A stretch of DNA of 44,104 bases from the NCBI RefSeq assembly GCF_004010195.1, contig NC_057718.1, positions 89,423,022 through 89,467,125 of the forward strand, read 5' to 3'. The notes under the pieces were generated by a model. The model did no database searches and had not been told where the DNA came from. It saw nothing but the letters and a program-made list of their open reading frames with translations. The position numbers and the translations under genes were made by a program. The DNA is from Chiloscyllium plagiosum. Lineage: Eukaryota. Positions 11,577 to 23,167 of this stretch are shown here, piece after piece (within the stretch, counting starts at the first letter, position 1; every line of letters starts with the position of its first letter).

Positions 11577-12850
11577 AATACATAAATGATTTGGATGTGA
11601 GCATAAGAGGTAAAGTTAGTAAGTTTGCAGATGACACCAATAGTGGGCGGCACGGTGGTTAGCACTGCTGCCTCACAGCGCCAGAGACCTGGGTTCAATT
11701 CCCGCCTCAGGCGACTGACTGTGTGGAGTTTGCACATTCTCCCTGTGTCTGCGTGGGTTTCCTCTGGGTGCTCCGGTTTCCTCCCACAGTCCAAAAATGT
11801 GCAGGTCAGGTGAATTGACCATGCTAAATTGCCTGTAGTGTTAGGGGCAGGGGTAAAAATGTAGGGGAATGGGTCTGGGTGGGTTGCGCTTTGGCGGTTC
11901 GGTGTGGACTTGTTGGGCCGAAGGGCCTGTTTCCACACTGTAAGTAATCTAATCAATATTGGAGGTGTAATGGACAGTGAAGAAGGTTACCTCAGATTAC
12001 AACAGGAGCTTGATCAGATGGGCCAATGGGCTGAGAAGTGGCAGATGGAGTTTAATTCAGATAAATGCGAGGTGCCAAGTTTTGGGAAATCAAATCTTAT
12101 TAGGACTTATACCCTTAATGGTAAGGTCCTAGAGAGTGTTGCTGAACAAAGAGACCTTGGAGTGCAGGTTCATAGCTCCTTGAAAGTGGAGTCGCAGGTA
12201 GATAGGATAGAGAAGGCGGCGTTTAGTATGCTTTCCTTTATTGGTCAGAGTATTGAGTACAGGAGTTGGGAGGTCACGTTGTGGCTGTACAGGACATTGG
12301 TTAGGCCACTGTTGGAATATTGCGTGCAATTCTGTTCTGTTTCCTATCAGAAGGATGTTGCGAAACTTGAAAGGGTTCAGAAAAGATTTACAAGGATGTT
12401 GCCAGGTTTGGAGGATTTGAGCTATAGGGAGAGGCTGAACAGGCTAGGGCTGTTTTCCCTGGAGCGAAGGGTGAGGGGGTGACCTTATAGAGGTTTATAA
12501 TATCATGTGGGGCATGGATAGGATAAATAGACAAGGCATTTTCCCTGGGGTGGGGGAGTCCAGAACTAGAGTGCATACGTTTCAGGTGAGAGGAGAAAGA
12601 TATAAAAGACACCTAAGGGACAACGTTTTCACACAGAGGGTGGTACGTGTATGGAATGAGCTGCCAGAGGAAGTGGTGGAGGCTGGTACAATTATAGCAT
12701 TTAAAAGGCATCTGGATGGGTATATGAATGGGAAGGGTATGGAGGGATATGGGCCGGGTGTTGGCAGGAGGGACTAAATTGGGTTGAGATATTTGGTCGG
12801 CATGGACGGGTTGGACCGAAGGGTATGTTTCAGTGCTGTACATCTCGATG
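11577..12850 (+). mobile_element. 5'-truncated CR1 LINE, split by a SINE just after the FADDT motif
   Basis: INDLD...KFADDT at 11577-11640 resumes as IGGVMDSEEG at ~11958; ORFs 11904..12482 and 12505..12777. Confidence 0.92.
11643..11953 (+). mobile_element. HE1-type V-SINE nested in CR1
   Basis: Head gggcggcacggtggttagcactgc, tail taatctaatc, possible 5-bp TSD caata (11638-11642 and 11954-11958). Confidence 0.92.
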
Positions 12851-12955
12851 ACCAAATGACATATTGCCCAGGCTTTCTGTGTCTGCCATTGTCCATGTGG
12901 TAGTACTCTCTCCTGTCTGGTTCAGATACTTGTGGGTTCGGGTCTTACTCCAGAT

Positions 12956-13798
12956 CAGGTACATCGTTCTTTGAAAGTTGCATCACATATAGACAGAGTG
13001 GCAAAGAAGGAATTAAGCATGCTTGCCTTCATTGCCCAGAGCATTGAGTATAGGAGTTGGGAGATTAAGTTGTGGTTGTACAGGACACTGGCAGGACCAC
13101 TCCTGGAGTACTGTGTGCAGTTCCGATTGCCCTGCTATAGGAAGGATACTATTAAATTGGAGAGGGCACAGAAAGGATTTGCCAGGATGTTCCCGGAAAC
13201 GGAGGATTTGAGGAGAGGCTGGATAGGCTAGGACTTTTTTCACTGGAGCGTAGGAGGTCGAGGTGTGACTTTATAAAGGTTTATTAAACCATAAGGGGCA
13301 CAGATAAGGTGAATAGCAAAGGTCTTTTCCCTTGGGTGGGGGAGTCCAAAACTAGAGAGCACAGGTTTAAGGTGAGAAGGGCGAGATTTACAAGGACTTG
13401 AGGGGCAACATTTTCACAAAGGGTAGTGCATATATGGAATTAATTGCCAGAGGAAGTAGTAGATTCAGGTACAGTTACAACATTCAAAAGGCATTTGGAC
13501 AGGTTCATGAATAGAGGAGAACGTGAGGACTGCAGATGCTGGAGATCAGAGCTGAAAATGTGTTGCTGGAAAAGCGCTGCAGGTCAGGCAGCATCCAAGG
13601 AGCAGGAGAATCGACGTTTCCGGCATGAGCCCTTCTTCCGGAAGGATTTCCAGCAACACATTTTCAGGTTCATGAATAGGGAAGGTTTAGAGGGATATAG
13701 GCCAAAAGCTGGCAAATGCGATTAGTTTAGTTTGAGTAACTTGGTCGGCATGGATGTGTGGGACTGAGGGGTTTGCTTCCATGCTGTATGTTCTGTGA
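12956..13798 (+). mobile_element. CR1 LINE 3' fragment
   Basis: QVHRSLKVASHIDRV...LYRTLAGPLLEYCVQF...FKRHLDRFMN. Confidence 0.9.
13515..13664. mobile_element. PLE mini-element (full arm plus short inverted arm) inside CR1
   Basis: TSD caggttcatgaatag at 13500-13514 and 13665-13679; same family as 3622-3832. Confidence 0.85.
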
Positions 13799-14189
13799 CC
13801 TGGCTGACTTCTCTGCACGGGTCAGAGCAGTACTGCTCCACCACAGTGTCCACCTTGCAGTTGGAAGGTTTATTGAACTGATGGCTCGGTTCACCATCTC
13901 ACATTTAAGATCCAGTTACTTTGATGGAAAGCAGGGGAGTTCTTGCTGCTCTCCTGCCAGCGTTAATCACTCAACGAGATGCCACTTAAAAATAGATTAT
14001 CCAGTCATTATCTTGTAGGATCTTGCTGTACGCAAATTGGCTGTCGTGTTGCCCTCATTATAACAGGGCCAACATTTTTAAAAAGCCTTTCTTTGGCTGT
14101 AAACTGCTTTGGGGCACCCCGGGGTGTACTATTTCAAGTTCTTCCTTCTTTTAACCGTCCACTGTGAGTACATAGGGTATGTTTCAAAG

Positions 14190-14417
14190 TCAAAAAGTGT
14201 GGTGCTGGGGAAGCACACCGGTCAGGCAGCATCCAAGGAGCAGGAGAGTCAACGTTTCGACCATAAGCCCTTCATCAGTAACCATCACATTCCTAATGAA
14301 AGGCTTATGCTTGAAACGTCAACTTTCCTGCTCCTCGGATGTTGCCTGACCAGCTGTGCTTTTCCAGCACCACACTCTCGACTCTAATCTCCAGCATCTG
14401 CAGGCCTCACTTCTTCC
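14190..14417. mobile_element. Palindromic PLE mini-element
   Basis: TSD agggta(t/g)gtttcaaag at 14174-14189 and 14418-14433; inverted arms; CTGATGA...GAAACGT motif on minus at 14251-14278. Confidence 0.85.
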
Positions 14418-14892
14418 AGGGTAGGTTTCAAAGCTGGTTGGACCCTTAATTAACAGCCAGGAATCAGGCGTAGTACCAGACATTGCCTGTGGCATAGTTC
14501 AGAAGGATCGGGTCTACTCAGGGACTGGGTCATCAATAAAGAGCCAGGTCAGAGCCGGGAATTGGAACCTGTGGCTTAGCTAGAAGTAACACCAAGAGAG
14601 GATAGGGAGGACCATGTCTAACCAGGGAGTAGCAATCTACGTGGTGAGTTTTAACTGGACACTACTATTCTCGATATAAAAAAAGGATGATTCTGAAGGA
14701 AACGACTGAACAGCAGCAGCTCCTTCACCAAATTGTTAGCTTTTCTTCATTTTATGAGCTGGAATCTTTCTGGTGTCAGGATATGGAGGTTCAGACCGAA
14801 CAGAACAGGGATGAAACACTGGAATCATTTCCGGAACTTACTGAATGCTGCAGTGTCAGACCTTTTTATATGAATGATCTGGAGTGGACAAA

Positions 14893-15229
14893 ATCATAGA
14901 ATGCTTACAGTGTGAAAGCAGGCCATTCAGCCCATCAAGTCCTCACCGATCCCACCCGGCCCCAAAACAGCATCCCACCTGACACATCCCCTTGCCCGAA
15001 CCATACAACCTTACCACTAACCCACCTAGCTTGCACATCCTGGCACACTATGGGCCAATTTAGCACAGCCAATTCACCCTAACCTGCACATCTTTGAACG
15101 GTGGGAGGAAACCGGGGCACCCAGAGGAAACCCATGCAAACACGGGGAGAATGTGTAAAAACCACACAGGCAGTTGCCTGAGGGTGGAGTCGAACCTGGC
15201 TCGTTGGTGCTGTGAGTCATTATACCACC
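14893..15229 (-). mobile_element. HE1-type V-SINE
   Basis: Homology to the other copies. Confidence 0.85.
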
Positions 15230-15419
15230 TGTTGTACTGAAGGTGAGGAAGCAAGAGAATAGCTGGGCTGTATGGCTTTGAGGATGCTCATCGAACCTTG
15301 TAGTGTGTGTAGCTGTAGAATATATACACTATTCATTGTAAGGTGCTGTATGCTAAAGACATTAAAATTTACGTCTTGTGTCGCGAACAAATAAATGAAA
15401 TAAACTGGCCCTGTTTTAC

Positions 15420-15572
15420 CTTGTGCTCAATCTTGGCTTGTACAATATCAGTTCCTTTCTCCTTCAGCTTTTTGGAGATGTCATTCAATTCATCAGAGAT
15501 CTGCTGCATCCTGCAGTTAAAGTCCAGGGTCACTGCCTGCATTTGCTGAGCTTCTCCTTCTTTCAAATTCAC
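15420..15572 (-). CDS. SYNE1: SYNE1 coding exon, 153 bp (VNLKEGEAQQ...IVQAKIEHK)
   Basis: Acceptor cactcttcag| and donor AAG|gtaaaa. 51 codons, aligning to recalled human ...KLKAKTDNVVQAKTDQK. Confidence 0.9.
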
Positions 15573-16329
15573 CTGAAGAGTGAGGGCATCAAACATTAAT
15601 ATTAGGAGGGTCTCAACTCGCAGTCAACACAATCTGAACCAGCTTCCCGGTTTCCGACTGGGAGCTCCTCAACGTCTTTTCTGGAAAGGGCTACGCTGGG
15701 TGCTGAAGAAAACTCTCAGACTCGGACCTTGCGAACTGATTAGTTTATTACACGTCATATCATGGGGAATTCACCGTCCTAATTGTGGCTCGGTGTTATC
15801 CCGAAGTACATCAGGATACTACAGGATGATAGAGAGAAAACAGCTTGGATCTGACCATTAATTCCACAGTTTGGCAAGTTGGTACTGAATTAGAGGTTAG
15901 TCATTAAGTTCAAAACTAAAGCACTATTATGCATTCCACAATCAAGTGGTCAAGTGGTATTACCACCTGCTCTAGTTACACGGATTGCTAACATTAAGCA
16001 GAGATATCCCTAATTGGCTGAATAACTGTGAAGAGGCAATAACTAGAGAAGGAAGGGGGACTAATTGGAAAGTCTATGTCAGCTTGACTGGTTCTACAGC
16101 CTGCGCTGATCATTCAGCAAAGGGAGGAGACACTATCTTGAGAAGGAAGATAAGGACAACCTTTCACATGAACTCATAGTAAGGAATGCATAGCCAGCAA
16201 AGTTCTGGCTGGGGACACAAAATGGAACTCTCAGCCGAATCAGGAAAATGGCTTCCAGGCAAATAATGTTAACTTTTCCCCAACAATGGGGATGGAGTGG
16301 GGCTGGACTAGCATGTTGGGAAGAGGAGA

Positions 16330-17135
16330 GGATAAGCAGGTTCTGAGATAAAAACAAATAGCATTAATTTGTTTCAATGTAAAATGACTTCAATGTAAAC
16401 AAGTCTGAGATGATCCAATTTGGACCAATAAAGGATAGATCAGGGAACTTTCTAGATGGCACCAAGTTAAATAGAGTAGATGTCCAAAGAGACTTGAGGG
16501 TTTAGGTGCAAAGATCATTAAAATGCCAGATTCAACTGCAGAAAATCATCAGGAAAACTAATGGAATACTGGCCTTTAGATCTAGGGATTCGCTATGCAA
16601 GGTGCAGTGATGCAAAACCCTGGTTAGGTACCACTTGGAGTACTGTGGGCAGATCTGGACACCACACCTTAAGAAGGATGTATTGGCCTTGGAGGGAGAA
16701 CGATGCAGGTTTACAAGAATGATATCTGGACTTCAGGGGTTAGGTTATCAGGAGAGATGAGACAAATTAGGCCTCTTTTCTGATTAAAGTCTTCAAGATG
16801 TTAACAGGACAAGACAGGGTAAAGAGAAACTATTTCCACTGGTTAGCGATTCATCAAGTAGGGAGCATAGTCTGAGAATTGGGCCAGACCGTTCAGGAGA
16901 GATGTTAGGAAGCACTTTTACACACAAAGGCTGATGGAGATTTGGAACTTTCTTCCACAAATGGCAGTGGTTACTGGCCTAGTTGTTAATTATAAATCTG
17001 AGATAGATAAATTTTTGTTAAGCAAAACATATTAAAGGATAAGGGACAAAGGCAGGTAGATGGAGTGAGGCAACAGATTAATTAAAGGGTGGAATGAGCT
17101 TGAGGGGCCGAATGGCCTACTCCTGTTCCGATGCT
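16330..17135 (+). mobile_element. Old, degraded CR1 LINE 3' fragment
   Basis: ctggttaggtaccacttggagtactgtg...aaggatgtattggccttggag and the 3' UTR gggccgaatggcctactcctg. Confidence 0.75.
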
Positions 17136-17394
17136 TTTCTAAAGATAATTCAAGACTTAACCTTATTGATATGGACAGAACCACCTGTCACAGTCAGTCA
17201 CATTGATTTTTATGAGCAGTTCAAGCTACACGTTTTTAAAACAAGCATTCACCATGGGACAAGATGTCCCAATCCATTATTCTATTTCATAGACAACCAG
17301 CACTTTTAGCTAATGGGTGCCATCCTCACCTCCCCCCATCCCCTTCCCCTTCCTCCCCCCTCCATCCCCAATCTCCACGCATGCTGGATTCCGG

Positions 17395-17590
17395 GGAGAT
17401 TTTATCGCTGCTCTTTCACTGTCACTGGGTCAAAATCTTGGAACGCCGTCCCTAACAGCATTGTGAGTGTGCCAAAACACTATGAGCTGCTGGAGCTTGG
17501 GAAAGCAACTCATCTCCAAGGGCCACCGGGCACGGGTAACAAAAGCTCACTTCACCCGCCACACCTGCATCCCGTGAAGGAATGAAGAAA
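17395..17590 (+). mobile_element. 3' end fragment of a LINE or LINE-tailed repeat (also at ~39290-39480)
   Basis: ctgggtcaaaatc..ggaa...cctaa..gcattgtg shared with 39307-39350. Confidence 0.55.
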
Positions 17591-18199
17591 CGGGGAAGAT
17601 AATTGGGAGTAAACATCTCTCCGCAGGGAGAAATCGCAGATAAACATCACACCGGTTTGTCCTCCAGCTGCTGTATGCTCTTTACCCAAAGTGAATCGTC
17701 CTTGTGAGGCAGTGAAACAGTGGACGCCCGACACTTGAGCCGAAATGACAGCAACTCTGGGGCAAATGAGTGTCCCCTAATGATGATAGCAGAGTATGAA
17801 GCAATTGACCAAGATCAAAGCCTTGCCTTGACTCAGCTTGGAGAGAAGTCGGTCAGCAACTAATGCTCAACTCTGCTCTCACTTAAGTGATCTGAGCTCT
17901 CTGTGGAAAAATCCAGCCACGGCAAAATGCAATGAAACAAATAGTTCTTTTATATTTTGTTAAAGTATGACTTGAATCAGAAGAGAATGTAATGACTGAA
18001 GTGTTTTCATTATGTGAGAACCCATTGTCTTTTTTCAAAAACTTGCTGTTGAGGTATGGACATCCCTGAAGGTTGACATTTTATCACCTTGGTCACTGCC
18101 CTTCAGAAGGGCACTATGCATCACCACTGTCTTCTCAAGCTCCCTAACTACTGCTGGAAGGCAAACAATTGGTACTTCCTAAAATACAAGATTGTGAAT

Positions 18200-18340
18200 A
18201 AAAACCTAAAGAACTGCAGATGCTGTATCTCAGAGACAAAAAACAGAAATCGCTGGAAAAGCTCGGCAGGTCTGGCAGCATCGGCGGAGAGAAATCACGG
18301 CTAACATTTCAGGTCGAGTGACTCTTCCTCAGAATTCTGA
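18200..18340 (-). mobile_element. PLE terminal fragment of a further family with a degenerate hammerhead motif (related relic at ~34355-34462)
   Basis: aactgcagatgctg...gctggaaaagctc.gcaggtctggcagcatc; minus strand CTGAGGA-A-GAGTC-ACTC-GACCT-GAAATGTTA at 18302-18332. Confidence 0.6.
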
Positions 18341-18856
18341 GTGTTCGACTGTCACACTTGTACCTCAGTCAAGGGACTCCAAACCATTTCCCGTGGTGTC
18401 TGTACAAAATGTCTCAACAGCTGTGAATCGCTCCCTAGCGTTCAGCCCTGGGAGGTGAGCATCAGGACGTGACAAGGCCAGCATTTCTTGCCTATCCCAT
18501 GAAGTGGTAAGATACACCTCCTTCCCTAACCAGTGCCATCCACAGAGTGACAATGTGCTCGCATTGATGCAGAGCGGAATTTTGGGATGTTGACCCAGTG
18601 GCCACAAAAGGTATAACCATGTGTATCCAAGTTGAGACATTCTATGATTTGGAGGAAGATTTGGAGGTAATGGCATTCACATGTGCCTGCTACCCTTGCC
18701 CTTCTAGGGCCTGTGGGCTTGAGAGCTGTTTCCCAAAGTGGTCCAGACCGATTCCTGCGATGGTAAACTGGCCATGGGGAAGAGTGAGGACTTTGTGGTG
18801 GTGGAGTGACCCCCCCCAGGGGAAAAGCCTCCAATGGTGCTGGGTTCGAACTTTAC

Positions 18857-19012
18857 CTGTTCCTCAATGGCTCCAAGGGCCAGGGTGACCTCAGCCAATT
18901 GTTCCGAGAGCTCGGATGGCAGAATAGTGTAAAGCTCCAGGTATTTATCGCGTTGTCGATCTCCCAGTTGCGCCACAGTCTGATGTCGAGCAGCTACCTC
19001 GGTGTGAAGTTC
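18857..19012 (-). CDS. SYNE1: SYNE1 coding exon, 156 bp (ELHTEVAARHQ...LGAIEEQ)
   Basis: Acceptor tcttatgtttag| and donor CAG|gtaaag. Contains KYLELYTILPSELSEQLAEV (recalled human KYLGLYTILPSELSLQLAEV). Confidence 0.93.
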
Positions 19013-20034
19013 CTAAACATAAGAGATTGCATTTTAGCAGCAGAAAGATATCCTAATTCCTTTGATTTAAATAAAGAAAATCAATCAGCAAAGACAAAAT
19101 ACCATTGTCGTTCAGTAAACATGACAAAGTCCAGGGTCACAGGAGTCATTTACTATAATTGAAATCTTCCTGGTGCAAATCCAGTTGGATAAATTTTCAG
19201 CTTGACCATTTTTCTTCTGAATCTCCTGGTTATATTTTTTTCCAGCTTAGAGTCACTCCTCAACTGAGGAGATTCTAACCCCCTTTTTTAAAAACTCCAA
19301 CATGACCACCAAACAGCAGTAGTGCCTATTTATTCCCCAGCACCCATGTCGTGTGCGTGCCGATGTGGGACACAATGAAGAACAACGAGTGCAGAAATCT
19401 TTATTCATATCCCACCACCAGGAAGACCCAAGTGGTCAGCGACAACCAATGCCCTTTTCAACACTGAGTGATCAAAAAGGTGAAGGGGAGGGCAGGGATT
19501 CAGCCTCACTATATTGGTTTCCGATATCACCTCCTCCATGTAGAATCCTCATCCCGGTTTTCAAATCCCCTCCACAGTCTCACTCTTCCCAAGCACCAGA
19601 TTTGCCCCCAGCCACGTAACCCTTTGGGACTGCTCTCCTACCCATGAGGACATGGTAGCATTGTGGTCAAGATCCTGGACTCATAAGTCAGAGAGCCATG
19701 TTAATGCTCTAGATTCATGAGTTCAAGACTCACAACAACATATATATATTTAATGAGATATATTTAATTAAAGAATAACTTGCTTATCTCATTAACAATC
19801 AATAAAATTGTCATTAAAATCTACCTGGTTCACTAATATCACATGTAACTCCCCACACACAGCAACACCATTGACTCTAGACTGGCCTAACTAAGCTGTT
19901 CAGTTACAAGGTGTTCATCAGCACCTGCTGAAGGATAATTACGGGTGGGTAAGAAATGCTGGCCTTGCCAGCGATGCCCACATCATAAGAATAAGTGAAA
20001 TACCCTCCTCCATTTCTGGCCTTTTGTGCATCAC

Positions 20035-20735
20035 TGTTATGAAGATCCGGGTGGACCTTCAAGAAAGTGAAGGACTTGGCAAATACACTGAGCGCTGGAG
20101 AATTTACCAAGTAACATTTGATTCAGAACAAACAAACACAAAAAACACAAATTTGAATTTGACCAATCAGTTTAAATTATACCCGAAAAAATGTCAAACT
20201 CCAATCCAGTTTGAATTGAGTATACTGACAATCTTAAAAGCCAATGACACAATCCGATGCTTTGGGACTGGGGAAAATTGAACAATTGAAAGGAGAGCTG
20301 CCAAGCCCTACATTGTAAACAGACTGCTTGAAAAATAGCTCTCTTAACAATACCCTTTCGATCAGTAACCTGTGATTCAGAAATTCCGAAGAAGAAGAAA
20401 AGAAGACACAGAAAGATCGGAATAGAAGAACGAAAGCTGCCTGGTTTGGAGATAAGAAGGGTGGCTTTGTAAATCTGAATTGGGAGTTTTATCGGACTAG
20501 TATTATTGAAGGGAAGGTAAAAGGTAGGTTAGAGGAAGAAATTTTAAATAGTGGTTAATTAATTATTCTCTGTTATACTTTAAGAAATAAAGTTGTTAAT
20601 TTTTACTTCAAATAGTCCTTGGCCACTCAAATGTTTACAGATTACTGCATGGGACAAATCTTTTCTGTGTTGCTGGTTTTAAATCAGCATTTGCAAATAA
20701 ATTTAAAGCAGGAGGGTTTACCCCACATCATAACC
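20035..20735 (+). mobile_element. Solo LTR of an LTR retrotransposon or ERV
   Basis: Termini TGTTATGA...TCATAAC(C), 5-bp TSD atcac (20030-20034 and 20736-20740), internal AATAAA near 20586 and 20696. Confidence 0.75.
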
Positions 20736-21341
20736 ATCACTGATTTTAAATGATCCACCATCACATCTGGGCCCAGAGAGGAAGCTCCCTAAACCCCTCC
20801 ATCGCTCCCTCTTCCTTTAAACGTACGTCTTTTGACAGACCTATTAGTCAATTGGTCTACCTGCTCTTCTTGTGCCCCTGTGCCAAAATCTCTCCCAAAA
20901 CACCCTTCAGATCCTTCTGCTATGTTAAAGGTGCCACATGCATTTGTTGCTGTTTACACCTGGGGTCATCACCATCTTCTCAAGGGCAATTAGGGAGGGA
21001 AAATAAGCATTGGCCTAGCCAGTGACAACCACATCTCATGAACGACCTTCCGGAAATTAAGGGAAGGAACAGTCTGGTTAGGGTGTGATGGGGGTCGGGG
21101 GATGATGGCAGATTTTCCGTCTATTCAGTGCTCAATTCCCAATCGGTAAATGGAAATCTCCAGCCCAGTGTCTGTTCAGCCAAGCCCAGCTATTCTGCCT
21201 GTTCATCGCTAATCTTGGCGCAGCGACACTCTCACCTCGGAGTCAGACACTGAGGGCTTCAAACTCTCTTCCAGAGAGTTCAGCACTATATCTGGGCTAA
21301 CATTACAGTGAAGTACTGAGGGAGTGCTGTACTGCTATATG

Positions 21342-21652
21342 ATTAGATTCTTTACAGTGTGGAAACAGGCCCTTCAGCCCAACCAATCCACACTGACCCT
21401 CCGAAGAGTAACCCACCCAGACCCATTTCCCTTTGACTAATGCATCTAACACTATGGGCAATTTAGCCTGGCCAATTCACCTGACCTGCACATCTTTGGA
21501 CTGTGGGAGGAAACCGGAGCACCCGGAGGAAACCCACGCAGACACAGGGAGAATGTGCAAACACCACACAGACAGTCACCCGAGGCTGGAACCAAGCCTG
21601 GGTCCCTGGTGCTGTGAGGCCGCAGCGCTAACCACTGAGCCACCGTGCTGCC
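21342..21652 (-). mobile_element. HE1-type V-SINE, full length
   Basis: High similarity to 10770-11083. Confidence 0.92.
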
Positions 21653-21709
21653 CATGTGAAAAGATACCTTGATACTATGTTGGAAAATTGCAGGCGAGTT
21701 ACCCATACT

Positions 21710-22073
21710 GTCATAGGGTCATAAGGTTTACAGCATGGAAACAGGCCCTTCAGCCCAAATTGTCCATGTGGCCTAGTTTTCACCATTAGCCTTGTTCATT
21801 TGCATGTGTTTGGTCCACACACCCGTCCAAATGCGTCTTAAACGACAAAACTATACTTACCTCCACCACCAGGGCTGCTAGAGGTAGTGGTGGAGGTGAG
21901 TACAATTTTGTCATACACTCACCACCCTCTGTGTGAAGAATCTGTTCCCTCTGCACCCTTTTGTATCTCTTCCCCTCTCAGCACAAACCTATGCCCTCTA
22001 GTTTTAGACTCCCCTACCACGGAGAAAAGCTGTTAGCTCGCTTCTTTGTCTGTGCCTCTCATGATTTTATAGA
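21710..22073 (-). mobile_element. CR1 3' end fragment with an internal inverted duplication
   Basis: Tail gtcatagggtcataag and acctatgccctctagttttagactccc. Confidence 0.8.
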
Positions 22074-22261
22074 CCCTGGCCAATACTGACCTCTCTATCC
22101 ACATCAGGAAAGTAGAGGATTTAGTCGTGAGCGCATTGCTGTCTGTGGGAACTGGGCGTGTGCAAATTGGCTGCAGCTTGTCACAGAGTTAAAGTGACAC
22201 AGAATTTCGCCCATGCCATCTCTCTGTGGGGTAACACTTTCAATCCTTAGCTCGAAAAACA

Positions 22262-22668
22262 CGGGTTGTTTTCTCTGGAGTGGCGGAGGCTGACTTGATA
22301 GAAGTCTATATAATGATGAGATGCATCGAGAGGGTTGATGGTCAGAATCTTTTTCCCAGAGTTGCAATGTCTAAAACTAGAGGGGGGGGGGCACGCATTT
22401 AAGGGGGAAGTTCAAAGGAGATATGAGGGGCAAGCTTTTTTTTACCCAGGAAGTGGTAGGAGCCTGGAGCATGCTGCCAGGGGTGTTGGTGGAGGCAGAT
22501 ACAATAGGGGCATTTAAGGGACGTTGGGACAAGCAAATGGATATGCAAGGGATGGAGGGATATGGACTAAGGGCAAGCAGAAGGGATTTGTTTAATTTGG
22601 CGTCATGTTCGCAAAACAGCGAGACCGGAAGGGCCATTTCTGTGCCGTACAGTTCTATGTTCTATTCT
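22262..22668 (+). mobile_element. CR1 3' fragment
   Basis: RGKLFFTQEVVGAWSMLPGVLVEADTIGAFKGRWDKQM and a ttcta tail. Confidence 0.85.
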
Positions 22669-23001
22669 AATCCCCTATTATATCGGTATTACTCTTCAAG
22701 TTACCTTCCAGCAAGTTCCCCACTAATTTCTTTCTGAAATTATCTATTATCTTTGCTTCCACCACCCTAGTAGGCATGGAGTTCCCGGTCATTCAAGCTC
22801 CTTTCCTGTGGCTAGCCTACTTTGGGTGGATTCTGCTGGCTGCGATGTGTTCTTGGGAGATTTTGAGCTCACGAAAATTTTGGCATTCTTGCATTGGTCC
22901 TGATGAGTGCGAGGCATAAAGCGTCAGCAAGGTCCCTCTCTTTTTGACAACATAAGTGTATTTCTTTCCAAGTAACTGCAGCTATTGCTTACTGTAAATA
23001 C

Positions 23002-23167
23002 CTTCAGCTCTCGAAGCTCCGTAACTGCATCCGAAGTAGGATTCAGCAGATACTCTCTTGTCTCATGGAGCCACTGTTTGACAGCATTTAACTCACTCTC
23101 CACCTCTTCCCGCTCCTTTAGCTCCTGCTGGACCATCTTCTTACTCTTCCTTATCTTCTGCCGCACG
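23002..23167 (-). CDS. SYNE1: SYNE1 coding exon, 166 bp (NVRQKIRKSKK...ELRELK)
   Basis: Acceptor ctgttcaattgaag|C completes AA+C (Asn); donor AAG|gtattt. Matches recalled human KQELKDREMVETQINSVKCWVQETKEYLGNPT. Confidence 0.9.

Larger units (their letters stand above)
12895..14152 (+). mobile_element. DeuSINE (SacSINE1-like) split by a CR1 insertion (SINE parts ~12895-12955 and ~13800-14152)
   Basis: Head ggtagtactctc...tgtgggttc...actccaga; body gcaggggagttc...aaaatagattatccagtcattatc...ggatcttgctgtacgcaaattggctg...tggctgtaaactgctttgggg. Confidence 0.75.
21215..22200 (+). mobile_element. DeuSINE (SacSINE1-like) split by an HE1 SINE and a CR1 fragment
   Basis: Parts: ~21215-21340 (actctcacctcggagtcaga...agtactgagggagtgctg), ~21653-21710 (aaaagat...gcaggcgagtt) and ~22074-22200 (cctggccaata...cattgctgtctgtggga...gtgcaaattggctgc). 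Confidence 0.7.

Noticed and set aside
11643..11715. tRNA-like sequence with A and B boxes
   Set aside because: It is the head of a tRNA-derived SINE, repeated many times with body and tail, not a tRNA gene.
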